The notes beneath the pieces were generated by a model. It had not been told where the DNA came from. It ran no database searches and saw only the letters and a program-made list of their open reading frames with translations. Below, piece by piece: positions 9,335-18,199 of a DNA stretch of 64,000 nt. Numbering within the stretch: position 1 is the stretch's first letter; every line of letters begins with the position of its first letter. A program made the translations under genes and the position numbers. Source of the DNA: a virus (taxonomy: Duplodnaviria > Caudoviricetes); the IMG/VR virus record IMGVR_UViG_3300020316_000005, positions 32,001 to 96,000 of that record. One strand, 5' to 3'.

Positions 9335-9985
9335 TTACAGAGTTTTAAGGAACTGAGAAAACGCGGAAAGTTTGCGCTCTTCCAGAACTGCTCTGTTAGG
9401 AGCATTGTCAATACTCCTTTTAATCGTTGCAACTTCGGACTCTCTAATGATTCCGTTGTTCCAGACCCACTCTTTACCTTCCATAATTCCGTTCACAAAT
9501 GCGTCAGGAGCAGAAGGATCAGCAACAATATCTGCTGCTGTAGCGAGCATAAAGTCGTCGGCAACGATCTTTACACCTTCACTGGAGGTTTGCAGTGAAC
9601 CAATGCCACGAGAAGAAACGCCAAGTTTGACGCCTTCATCGAGAAGATTCTTTGCGATGTTACCCATAGGTGTATCAAGGATGCGTGCACGTCCCTTGAA
9701 GTTATTTCCTTCCTGAACCAGGGAGGTGATAACGTGGGAGACACGATCCAAGTTGACGGTAGGACCGTCGGGATGACCCAGTTCACCAAGAGCGCGACCC
9801 GTCTTAATGAATGATTCATTATATTTAGCGACTTCGCGAGCAAGTGTACTGATGGGATACATCCGACCATTGCGGTTTTTGATCTCACCTTGAAGGAAAG
9901 TACCTTCAATGTACAGACGCTTCTTACCGTTCTTTTCTTCGGTTAGAAGTTCAATGTCTTCAATCGTTTCCGTGATCAGTTTCAT
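9335..9985 (-). CDS. g21: Prohead protease gp21
   Basis: MKLITE, NRNGRMY, ALGELGHP, GVSSRGIGS, DIVADPSAPDAFV. Confidence 0.97.
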   Translation of the reverse strand: MKLITETIEDIELLTEEKNGKKRLYIEGTFLQGEIKNRNGRMYPISTLAREVAKYNESFIKTGRALGELGHPDGPTVNLDRVSHVITSLVQEGNNFKGRARILDTPMGNIAKNLLDEGVKLGVSSRGIGSLQTSSEGVKIVADDFMLATAADIVADPSAPDAFVNGIMEGKEWVWNNGIIRESEVATIKRSIDNAPNRAVLEERKLSAFSQFLKTL

Positions 9986-10160
9986 CAGTTTCCTCTTCAG
10001 GTGTTTCTGTGGGGTTCATCCAGTTACCAGCAATGTCCTTCTTTTTTGCTTCAAGAGCATCAGCAGTCATTGCCTTCAGTGCGACATCGACCTCCTTACT
10101 GAGATCCTTAGATCCCGTAAAAAGTTTATTTACGATGTCCATAGCATCTACGCTAGCCAT
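9960..10160 (-). CDS. Small acidic protein at the gp67/68 position (putative prohead core protein)
   Basis: 66 aa between g20 and g21; positional inference. Confidence 0.65.
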   Translation of the reverse strand: MASVDAMDIVNKLFTGSKDLSKEVDVALKAMTADALEAKKKDIAGNWMNPTETPEEETDETDHGND

Positions 10161-10184
10161 AATGTTAGATTGTCATAACAGTAT

Positions 10185-10192
10185 TATTTAGA
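10185..10192 (-). promoter_or_regulatory. Late promoter (TCTAAATA)
   Basis: TAAATA core overlapping the g20 stop codon. Confidence 0.6.
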
Positions 10193-11810
10193 ATTCTCCG
10201 CGTTTGTAGTCTGCGGGCGCAATAGATTCAACTCCGCCAGGACCAGTTTCTTCTTCAGGAACTTCGCCCATAGCATTAGGATCTTCTAATGGCATTCCAG
10301 TTGCGGGATCAACAGATGCGGGATCCATCAACTTTCCACTTTCAATTTCTTTTTCAATTTGCTTGTCGATTTCTCTGATCTCAGCATCAGTCTGCTTAAG
10401 GATCTGACGGCGGAGATAATCAAGTGAGAAATACTTACCAGCAAAAGGATCCATTGTCGCAAGGAGATTCAGACGTTCAGTCATAATCTCTTTCTCCTTC
10501 AGTTCCGCGAAGTAGTTATCCGCGATGAAGTCATACTGAATGTGCTCTGCCATATCTTCCCAATCTTCGATTGAGCAGATACCTTTGAGAACCAGTTGTG
10601 TCTTCAGCAGATCGTGGAACAGTTCGGAGAACTTCTTACGAAGGCGAGTGACAAATTTTTGAAATTTAATTTCGTCGCGTGTGATTTCAGCAGCGCGACC
10701 CAAATTAAATGTTGACTCAGATTCAAGACGTGACTCAGGAACATTGAGTGCACGGTAGAGTTTCTTTTGGAAATACTTTACGTCCTCAAGCTCTCCAAGA
10801 TTTTGTCCACCTGGGAGCGTAGTGATTTCAGTACCTCTTCCACCTTCACGTCTTGGGAGCCAGAAGTCTTCGAGCATCGACATAAATTTTCTGTCGTCTC
10901 GGATTTCCCCTGTGTCGGCATTGTATACAAGTTTGTTTCTATAACGGGACATCACCTCACGGAGGTATTGTTCCGCTTTTTGTTTGGGAAGATTGCCCAC
11001 GTCAATGTAGAAAATTCTACGTTCTGGTGCGCGGGACAAACGATAGATCACAAGACTGTCTTCAATCATTCTAAGTTGATTGAGAGCTTTGATTGCCTTG
11101 TGCAAATGTGACATAATCACATTCTTGTTCATATCCTTCAGACCAGAGTGGCAGAAGGCAATAGCATCAGGAGCAACCTTGATACCAGCAGTCTCTGCCG
11201 CTCGCAGACCTTTCGGATTGTAAACGTAATATTCAGCAGACTTAGGAGCGAGGTTCGACTCCATAGTGCGCGGATCGACAAACTGCTTATCCTTCGGACG
11301 CTCCAGCTCGATGACCTTGCGAATCTTACGCGGGTCAATGTATCTAAGTTCTGTGATACCACGACGAGGTGACTTTGTATCGATCACCTTGTGGTAATAA
11401 AGTTTCCCGTCAATATACCACCGACGGAAAATGTCGTATGCTTTCTTGTCAAAGTCAAGAAGGCGAAGAACATTCTGAAATTCTTCTCGGATACGCTTCT
11501 TAATTGATTGACTTACTTCGAGGTTGGACAGTTCGATGTCCACTGGAGTATCATCCAGTTCACCTGCGATTGCTTCGTTGACAACATCGTCGATAGCGCG
11601 GTCACATTCTGGATGAATGGACATTTCTCGGTAGCGACGAATCAAATCGTTTTCGTCTTTGTAACTACCATCTAGGTCGATAGCAGTGCCAAAGTATCCA
11701 CCGCCTGCTACGGGAGTAGCAGCATCATCTGACTCTTTACGCACGAAAGAAGGGCCAGGAGACTGACCCTTCTTAGCACGCTCAAGAGAATAACCAAATA
11801 ACTGAGACAT
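10188..11810 (-). CDS. g20: Portal protein gp20
   Basis: WYIDG, YRLSRAPERRIFYIDVGNLPK, EDFWLPRREGGRGTEITTLPGGQNLG. Confidence 0.99.
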   Translation of the reverse strand: MSQLFGYSLERAKKGQSPGPSFVRKESDDAATPVAGGGYFGTAIDLDGSYKDENDLIRRYREMSIHPECDRAIDDVVNEAIAGELDDTPVDIELSNLEVSQSIKKRIREEFQNVLRLLDFDKKAYDIFRRWYIDGKLYYHKVIDTKSPRRGITELRYIDPRKIRKVIELERPKDKQFVDPRTMESNLAPKSAEYYVYNPKGLRAAETAGIKVAPDAIAFCHSGLKDMNKNVIMSHLHKAIKALNQLRMIEDSLVIYRLSRAPERRIFYIDVGNLPKQKAEQYLREVMSRYRNKLVYNADTGEIRDDRKFMSMLEDFWLPRREGGRGTEITTLPGGQNLGELEDVKYFQKKLYRALNVPESRLESESTFNLGRAAEITRDEIKFQKFVTRLRKKFSELFHDLLKTQLVLKGICSIEDWEDMAEHIQYDFIADNYFAELKEKEIMTERLNLLATMDPFAGKYFSLDYLRRQILKQTDAEIREIDKQIEKEIESGKLMDPASVDPATGMPLEDPNAMGEVPEEETGPGGVESIAPADYKRGEF

Positions 11811-11839
11811 TGATATGCCGTGTAATTCCTTATCAGATC

Positions 11840-11847
11840 TATTTATC
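11840..11847 (-). promoter_or_regulatory. Late promoter (GATAAATA) upstream of g20, within an inverted repeat
   Basis: 7/8 consensus; flanked by ATCAGAT/ATCTGAT. Confidence 0.75.
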
Positions 11848-11862
11848 TGATTTAGAAATCAC

Positions 11863-12537
11863 TTAGTTTTGGGCATTACCAGTGTTGATGTCAGTATCGT
11901 AGGTCCAGTATTGAACTTGGAACTCGACGGTGTACTCTTCAGGAGTATCGTTGTTGCCCCAATCCAGATCAATCGCGCTGATGTTGCTTGGCCAAATACC
12001 TTCAAACTTGTAGGTACGGATGACGCTACCCTTGCGATCCATCTGTCTAACCTTTGCCATTGCCTGATAGTCAGCGATGGTGTTAGCGTTCTGGAAGTTT
12101 TGCTGGAGTGCTTGAATATTGGAAGACCAAGATTCAAAGAATGCACGGAACTTGAAGGACTGGTCGTTAAGAACAGTCACGGTCCAAGGTTCAAATGTGC
12201 GGTCACCAGCGATCTTCAGCATACGACCACGGTAAGGAACCTCAACAACACCCACTGTAGAAGCGGGGATGTTTGCTGCCTTCACAAGGAAGGTACCGAA
12301 AGCGGATGCGTCAGCTGCGTTAAGTTGGGATGCACCTGCCGAATTCTCCACTCCATCGAGTGCAGAACCAGCGATACCGCCAGACTGAGGGGTAACCCCG
12401 TCCTGAAGGATCGGGGGTGCATAAATTTCGACTTGGAATAGGTTAGGACGTGCAAAGTCTCTAACTTGATCGCGGAAGGTGAAGATCGGAGCTCTTACCG
12501 AGCTCTGCTCCACTTGTCCTGGTTGTGCTTCTGCCAT
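11863..12537 (-). CDS. g19: Tail tube protein gp19
   Basis: ARPNLFQV, KAANIPAS, YRGRMLKIAGDRTFEPWTVTVLND, EEYTVEFQVQYW. Confidence 0.97.
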   Translation of the reverse strand: MAEAQPGQVEQSSVRAPIFTFRDQVRDFARPNLFQVEIYAPPILQDGVTPQSGGIAGSALDGVENSAGASQLNAADASAFGTFLVKAANIPASTVGVVEVPYRGRMLKIAGDRTFEPWTVTVLNDQSFKFRAFFESWSSNIQALQQNFQNANTIADYQAMAKVRQMDRKGSVIRTYKFEGIWPSNISAIDLDWGNNDTPEEYTVEFQVQYWTYDTDINTGNAQN

Positions 12538-12565
12538 TGTTTTCTCCTAGTTAATTCTCTTGAGA

Positions 12566-15340
12566 TCAGTTAGTAACTTCAGCGAAACTAGAACCAGTTC
12601 TAGTTGCAGTGAAGGTGAGGGTGATGTAGTTGATCGAGCGGGTCGGCTTCACGAAGATCTCCGCGAAGAATTCGCCACGGTCGATTGCTTCTGCAGGGTT
12701 GTTGCTAGTGTCGCAAACAACCAAGAAGTCGATGATGCCACGACGGGACTGGACGGAACGCAGGAAGGGTTCCACAATGTTCTTGAACGAAGCGCGAGTA
12801 AACTCGTCATTCAGTTCAAACAGTTGTGTCTTAGCAGCGGACGCGATTGCATCTTCCAGAACCAGGAACAGACGACGGACGTTGATTCTGTCGAATGCGG
12901 ACTGGTAAGAAAGAGCAGTCTTGTCACCGAAGAGGACGATACCCTGACCAGGGAATGCCACGACGGGGTTGACACGTGCTGCGTACAAGCGATCTCTGTG
13001 ATCCTTCAGAGGGGAGTAAGACAGTTTGATTGCGTTACGGAGTTGTCCTCTGTTGAAACCAGCAGGAGAGAACCAAGCCTCAGAGTTGAGGGTTGTGCTC
13101 AGAACAAGACCTGCAACGTCAGCGTTACAAGGGATGTAACGATACTTGTCGTTGTACTTGTCGTAGATGTACTTGTAGTTGTTATCGAACACCGCGTAAG
13201 AGGTGCTGCTCAACTGATTGAAGAAGTCAATCGTACGGTTGACGATGACGTTAGTGTCGGACTGACCGATCACATCGCCACGTGAGGGAGAAACAAATGC
13301 GAGGCAATCCTTACGGGTTGCTGCAATGTCAATGATCTTCTGTGCTTTAGCGACTGTATCGCTAGTGTCTGCCATCGAGGGACCCATCAGGATGTAATCA
13401 ACATCGATGGTTTCCTTGTCAGCAACCAGGTCGTAAGAACCGAGGATCTCGCCACGTGCCAGGGTGTAACCGTCAGCACCACCTTGGAGGTGGAAGGTTG
13501 CGGTAGAACCGTGTGCAGTACCGATGATCTCGCGACCAAGGGATGTTTCGTTAGTCTTGATAGCAGCAGTTTGCTTGATCAGGTCGAATGTGCGGGACAC
13601 ACCAGACTGACCGAAACCACCGTTGTTCACGGAGTCAACGTCAAAGATGCTGCCAGTTTCGTGAGAACCCCAGTAGATGTACTGAGAGTTGTTCTTGATA
13701 ACGTCTGCATAGTAGACTGTCTCGCCCTGTGTACCACGTGCGTCAGTTGCCTTAGACACGAACAGGAACTTCTCAAGGACAGATCCAGGAGTACCAGTCA
13801 GTTTGCCGTCACCATCAAGGATGAGGATGTGCATCTGGTCATCAGCACCACCACGGTCAGCGACCCAAGGAGATGTGCCAGGACGAGGTGCGACAGATGC
13901 CCAACGCTGACCACCACCGAAATAACGCTCGTCATACTCAGAGCGGACGGAAGCAACGTTTACGTTAGGTGAACCAGAAGCGTTGTCGTCAGACAGGGTG
14001 TAGTTTGCTTCGTAGCGGTTTGCGTTTGCATCGTTGATGACGTGCAGTTGACGGTCGATAGACTCGACAGTTGCCTTGTCACCAGTTCTTGTACCACCAG
14101 TCTCAGCGGTCCAGAGTGCGATCACATCGCCAACTTCCAGCACGTCAGAAGACAGTGAGTAGTTAACGTCGATCTCAATCTTGCGAGTCAGTGGATCGTA
14201 TGCTTTAACCTGACCTTGGACAGGGATGGAGACTGCGCTACCATCTTCTGCTCTCCAATACTCGTTGACGTTGAAGTCACCAGTAATGGTTCCAGAGTCC
14301 AGAGTTGCAACGATGTTGTAACGATAGATCTTAGCGGTAGCGTTTGCTGCGCTGTAGGAAACATCAGTTGTGCTGCCGAATTCCCACTCAGCAGTGGTAG
14401 GTTGTGTGAGAGACAGGATCTGGTCTGCACCAGCGTCAGTCATCACAACACGGAGGGAGTTACCGTAGAGACCAGGGTGACGTGCACCGAACTTCCAGGA
14501 GTTGGAACCAGACTCAACGCTGGACTCATACTCTTCAAGGTTCTTGATGAGAGGAGCAACCACACCAGAGGAAGTGGTTTCGTTGATTGTGGTCTTGGAA
14601 GCAGTAACAGTCAGTTTGGTGACGGTCTGAGAATCGGTCTGTGCTGCTGCGGTAGTACCGAGTTCGCCACGAGTGACGGTCAGGTCATTACCAGAGATGC
14701 CAGAAACGCGAAGAATTTCGTCAGAGATCTTGATGTAATCGTTGATCGTCACACCCAGTGTTGCCACAGAGGTCACGGTCAGAGTTGTACCACCAGCTGC
14801 CAGAGTACCGCCCTGGTTCATTGTGGTGCTTGTGCCTGCATCTTCGATCAGAGTGACAGCAGCGCCACCAGCGTGAGAAGTTGCTGCGGTTGCGAGTTGA
14901 CCACGTTGGACAGTCAGGTCGTTACCAGTGATAACTGTAACGCGAAGAATTTCAGCGTCGATCAGCAAGAAATCGTTCTGTGCGATGTCTGCAGAAGATG
15001 CCACTGTCAAAGTGGTGTCCGATGCACTGAAAGTTGTGACTGTAGTCTGAGCAGTATCAATCGCGTTCTTCAGCGCGGCGCTGTTAGCACGGATGACTTT
15101 GAGGGTTCCGCCGTAAAGAAGGAACTGTGATGCTGTATACCAGTATTCGTAGTTGTAGTCGTTGGGGCGTCCAAACACAGAGAGAAGTTCTTTCTCTGAT
15201 GTAATGTCAACAATCTTGTTGACGGGACCCTTTTCAAAGGAACCGACGATCACCGCAACATTATCAAGGGTTGCGTTTGCAACCGTAGTCAGATCCTTTT
15301 CAAGAACAACGACCCCTGGCGAAAGTTGGGTAGATGCCAT
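12566..15340 (-). CDS. g18: Tail sheath protein gp18 (924 aa, with inserted domains)
   Basis: SPGVVVLEKDLT N-terminus; WFSPAGFNRG, GDKT, FDRINVRRLF, FELNDEFTR C-terminus. Confidence 0.98.
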   Translation of the reverse strand: MASTQLSPGVVVLEKDLTTVANATLDNVAVIVGSFEKGPVNKIVDITSEKELLSVFGRPNDYNYEYWYTASQFLLYGGTLKVIRANSAALKNAIDTAQTTVTTFSASDTTLTVASSADIAQNDFLLIDAEILRVTVITGNDLTVQRGQLATAATSHAGGAAVTLIEDAGTSTTMNQGGTLAAGGTTLTVTSVATLGVTINDYIKISDEILRVSGISGNDLTVTRGELGTTAAAQTDSQTVTKLTVTASKTTINETTSSGVVAPLIKNLEEYESSVESGSNSWKFGARHPGLYGNSLRVVMTDAGADQILSLTQPTTAEWEFGSTTDVSYSAANATAKIYRYNIVATLDSGTITGDFNVNEYWRAEDGSAVSIPVQGQVKAYDPLTRKIEIDVNYSLSSDVLEVGDVIALWTAETGGTRTGDKATVESIDRQLHVINDANANRYEANYTLSDDNASGSPNVNVASVRSEYDERYFGGGQRWASVAPRPGTSPWVADRGGADDQMHILILDGDGKLTGTPGSVLEKFLFVSKATDARGTQGETVYYADVIKNNSQYIYWGSHETGSIFDVDSVNNGGFGQSGVSRTFDLIKQTAAIKTNETSLGREIIGTAHGSTATFHLQGGADGYTLARGEILGSYDLVADKETIDVDYILMGPSMADTSDTVAKAQKIIDIAATRKDCLAFVSPSRGDVIGQSDTNVIVNRTIDFFNQLSSTSYAVFDNNYKYIYDKYNDKYRYIPCNADVAGLVLSTTLNSEAWFSPAGFNRGQLRNAIKLSYSPLKDHRDRLYAARVNPVVAFPGQGIVLFGDKTALSYQSAFDRINVRRLFLVLEDAIASAAKTQLFELNDEFTRASFKNIVEPFLRSVQSRRGIIDFLVVCDTSNNPAEAIDRGEFFAEIFVKPTRSINYITLTFTATRTGSSFAEVTN
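14609..15046 (-). repeat. Two tandem ~70-aa beta-domain repeats inserted in gp18
   Basis: TTLTV...ND(F/Y)..I..EILRV..I.GNDLTV.RG.L.T.A occurs twice (aa ~99-166 and ~171-244). Confidence 0.85.
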
Positions 15341-15348
15341 TGCTTAAT

Positions 15349-15407
15349 CTCCTGAAAATTCTTCAAATCTTTTCTAATAATATTTAGAATTACCGATGTT
15401 TCAGGAG
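15349..15407 (-). promoter_or_regulatory. Late promoter (TCTAAATA, 15381-15388) inside an RBS-sequestering stem-loop upstream of g18
   Basis: mRNA arm CUCCUGAAA (15407-15399) is complementary to UUUCAGGAG (15357-15349), which contains the SD. Confidence 0.75.
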
Positions 15408-15426
15408 GGGAAACAGAACGTGAACA

Positions 15427-15663
15427 TTACCAGTCTGGGTAGTCAGTTTCCAGTCTGGTTCTATATCTTCTCCTCTTCCTACTTTTACTGACTCTCTTTA
15501 TTGTGCAATACTTACACTCGTATGAATATGCTGATGGGTTCGACCCTCTATCAGGTCTTGTCTTATAGAAATGTTCTAGTAAATCGAGCTTGCGAAGACA
15601 CGTCCTGCACTGTCGTTCTTTGAACAGGAAATGCTCTAGTTCAAACTCATCATCTAGATTCAT
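15427..15663 (-). CDS. Small Zn-finger protein (CxxC...CxxC, basic tail)
   Basis: RQCRTC...YECKYC followed by RKRRRYR; ATGA-like overlap with g17 end. Confidence 0.75.
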   Translation of the reverse strand: MNLDDEFELEHFLFKERQCRTCLRKLDLLEHFYKTRPDRGSNPSAYSYECKYCTIKRVSKSRKRRRYRTRLETDYPDW

Positions 15664-17312
15664 CTATATTCCCACATAAAGGATCTATCACCATACTCAT
15701 CAGTATGCCACACCTGCCCTTCTGGATCGACGAATGAGGTCTCTTGTAGACCATCATCCATAAACCCAAATGGTGCCATATCTGCTTCGATCGCTTCACG
15801 CTGTTCTTGATACATCCTTGCTCGGATGTCATTATCGTGCAGTTCCTTAAAGTAATCCTGCACTGCCAACCAGGAGAACATTACCAGACACATTGCCAAG
15901 TCATCGTGACAACCTTCTTCTGCCTGCCAGGACTGTCCTTTCTGAATGAACGTAGTCAGTTCAGCAATGATGTCATAGTCAGACAGCAATAGTTTGTCAG
16001 CTTCAATCAACTGCTTAAGGTTAGAACATCCAACCTTCTTAACTGCGGTTGACATCTTGACTCCAAGTTGTACCTTGCCACCAGAGAATCCTTGACCAAC
16101 AACCTGACCAGCACGACCACGCATTGCTGCCATCAGGAGGTTGTCATATTCAAGATCGTATTGTATGATGTCTGCAACTTGACCACCGATGTCATTAACC
16201 TCCACAAGAACGTAAGCGTGATTATACGCTTTAGCAGTCTCAGTAATAATATCGGGGAATAGTAATGGTTTTATTTCGTTATTTCTATACTTCGCTACCA
16301 ATTTATATGGTACAGTCGTAGTATCGAAAACAGTAAATGCTGAGTAGTCACCATCGATTCCTCTGGCAACGTCAACAGTCATCGTATAATTATGATCTTT
16401 TTCTGGTTGTGTGTAAACATCCAAACCATTACTGCTTGTTGCTGGATCATCGTATGCCATCACACGCAACTTGCTTGGCGAGATCAGGGTATCAACAGAT
16501 CCCAGGAACTCACATTCAAACTCAACACGGAACTGCTGTTCGGACGTGTTGCGGATAGTTTGTTCTTTCCACTTCTGATCTCTTCCTGGTACCTGAGACC
16601 AGTGAACTTCTGTAGGAATATATTCGTTAGTACCACGCTCGGCATCGTGCCAAAGCTTGTAGTACATATTCATCCCGTGTGGGGTAGAGATGATAATAAC
16701 TTTGGTAGATTTACCAGACGAAATAGTAGGATAAACAGAACTAAAGAACTGCTCAGCAATATTATTCGGAACGAACGCAAATTCGTCCAGAAAAATAACA
16801 TTGAAAGACATACCCCTGACGGCAGAAGCAGAAGTAGATGCAGCCAGGATACGAGAGCCGTTCTCCAGTTCCACTGACCCTCGGTTCCACGCAATAATAC
16901 CTTGCTGCATCCACTTAGGAAGATTCTCGTAAGAGAGTTGTAAGCGTCCAAGCATCTCTCTAGCGGTTGCTGCTTTGTTTGCGAGGATTGCGACATTAAC
17001 GTTATCAGTAAAAATCACGTACCACAAAAGGTACGCTGTAACAACAGTGGACTTACCAGACTGACGAGGTAGTTTAGCAATATTAAATCTATTCTCGTGG
17101 AAGTTTGTGACCATCTTCTCTTGAAAATCATACAAGTTGAAGTTGATCACACCCTCATCCAGAGAGACAATCTTGATATAATTTTTGATGAAGTAGACTG
17201 GATCTTGGCTGCACTTAATAAACTCCTCCACCTGTTCAGGCGTGAAGTTAGTTGTAGCGTTTGCTTTCTTTAGGTTAGGATTACCTAAGTATACAGATTT
17301 ATCAGTCGTCAT
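15660..17312 (-). CDS. g17: Terminase large subunit gp17
   Basis: YLGNPNLK, PRQSGKST Walker A, IFLDEFAF Walker B, STPHG, DVARG, HDDLAM. Confidence 0.99.
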   Translation of the reverse strand: MTTDKSVYLGNPNLKKANATTNFTPEQVEEFIKCSQDPVYFIKNYIKIVSLDEGVINFNLYDFQEKMVTNFHENRFNIAKLPRQSGKSTVVTAYLLWYVIFTDNVNVAILANKAATAREMLGRLQLSYENLPKWMQQGIIAWNRGSVELENGSRILAASTSASAVRGMSFNVIFLDEFAFVPNNIAEQFFSSVYPTISSGKSTKVIIISTPHGMNMYYKLWHDAERGTNEYIPTEVHWSQVPGRDQKWKEQTIRNTSEQQFRVEFECEFLGSVDTLISPSKLRVMAYDDPATSSNGLDVYTQPEKDHNYTMTVDVARGIDGDYSAFTVFDTTTVPYKLVAKYRNNEIKPLLFPDIITETAKAYNHAYVLVEVNDIGGQVADIIQYDLEYDNLLMAAMRGRAGQVVGQGFSGGKVQLGVKMSTAVKKVGCSNLKQLIEADKLLLSDYDIIAELTTFIQKGQSWQAEEGCHDDLAMCLVMFSWLAVQDYFKELHDNDIRARMYQEQREAIEADMAPFGFMDDGLQETSFVDPEGQVWHTDEYGDRSFMWEYR

Positions 17313-17604
17313 CTAAATGTTCATCCTCATAGGTAGATGGTTCATCAAATAATTCATCCATCTTTAATTTATGTATTCTTTCTGACAATTCTTTGTAATC
17401 CTCGTCAGGTAGTTTATCGAACTTAGCAGTCATCAGAGTTCCAGTATCTCCTTTGAGTTCAGAAATTTCAGGATGTGATTTATAGTTTGGTTTCTTTTGA
17501 TAACCAGCACGTTCCCCCATAATCATCCAACCTTGAATGACCATAGAAATAGCAATACCCATTAGTACCAACCAAGGTACAAAAAAGAGTATATGGTAAT
17601 CCAT
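17302..17604 (-). CDS. Membrane-anchored hypothetical protein, DUF2973-like
   Basis: N-terminal TM helix then HPE motif, as recalled for cyanobacterial DUF2973. Confidence 0.6.
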   Translation of the reverse strand: MDYHILFFVPWLVLMGIAISMVIQGWMIMGERAGYQKKPNYKSHPEISELKGDTGTLMTAKFDKLPDEDYKELSERIHKLKMDELFDEPSTYEDEHLDDD

Positions 17605-18066
17605 TTATTCGACTAGAGTACCGTACCTTCTTCTAATCTCACGAAGCTCTTCAAAATCTTTCTTCTTTGTACCACCGTCATATTCCCAAGCATACCCTTC
17701 GGTAATCATCTGCTCGTTCAGCGATACCTCTGCATCTCCAATATATAACCAACCAAGAAGGCGACCATACTTACCCATACCACCAACCAGTTCAGTTCTA
17801 ATACAGAGTTCATCATCGCCAGCGATAGCTCCCTCTAGTTTTTCTTTCATCCAGTTAGTAGCGTCGATTCCTAACGCCTTCTCTTCGAGATCTCTCGTTC
17901 TTTTCTCTGGCGTATCAACGCCTGCAATTCTAACTCTTTCTTTCTTGTATAAGTCAAACCCAAGATCAATGGTGACATCAATAGTATCGCCGTCAAGAAC
18001 ACGGTTTATCTCCGTCACTCGGAAGTTGTAGCAGCTCTTCCTGCTCGGTGGCACCATCGCTCCCAT
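17605..18066 (-). CDS. Thermonuclease (SNase-like) family nuclease
   Basis: RVLDGDTIDV, RVRIAGVDTPE, GKYGRLLG, LNEQMITEGYAW; start placed at MGAMVPP. Confidence 0.9.
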   Translation of the reverse strand: MGAMVPPSRKSCYNFRVTEINRVLDGDTIDVTIDLGFDLYKKERVRIAGVDTPEKRTRDLEEKALGIDATNWMKEKLEGAIAGDDELCIRTELVGGMGKYGRLLGWLYIGDAEVSLNEQMITEGYAWEYDGGTKKKDFEELREIRRRYGTLVE

Positions 18067-18199
18067 TAGATTCTCGCTCATCAATACCTAATATATAGAC
18101 GATCACATAAAAAACACAAGCAAGAAGTATCACCAAACACCAAACGATACTCCAAGTGACATCATTTACATCTTCTAATGGGCGAAGGAAGAGATTCAC
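17993..18199 (-). CDS. Small single-TM protein
   Basis: WSIVWCLVILLACVFYVIVYILGI hydrophobic helix; ATGA overlap with the zwf stop. Confidence 0.7.
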   Translation of the reverse strand: MNLFLRPLEDVNDVTWSIVWCLVILLACVFYVIVYILGIDERESNGSDGATEQEELLQLPSDGDKPCS

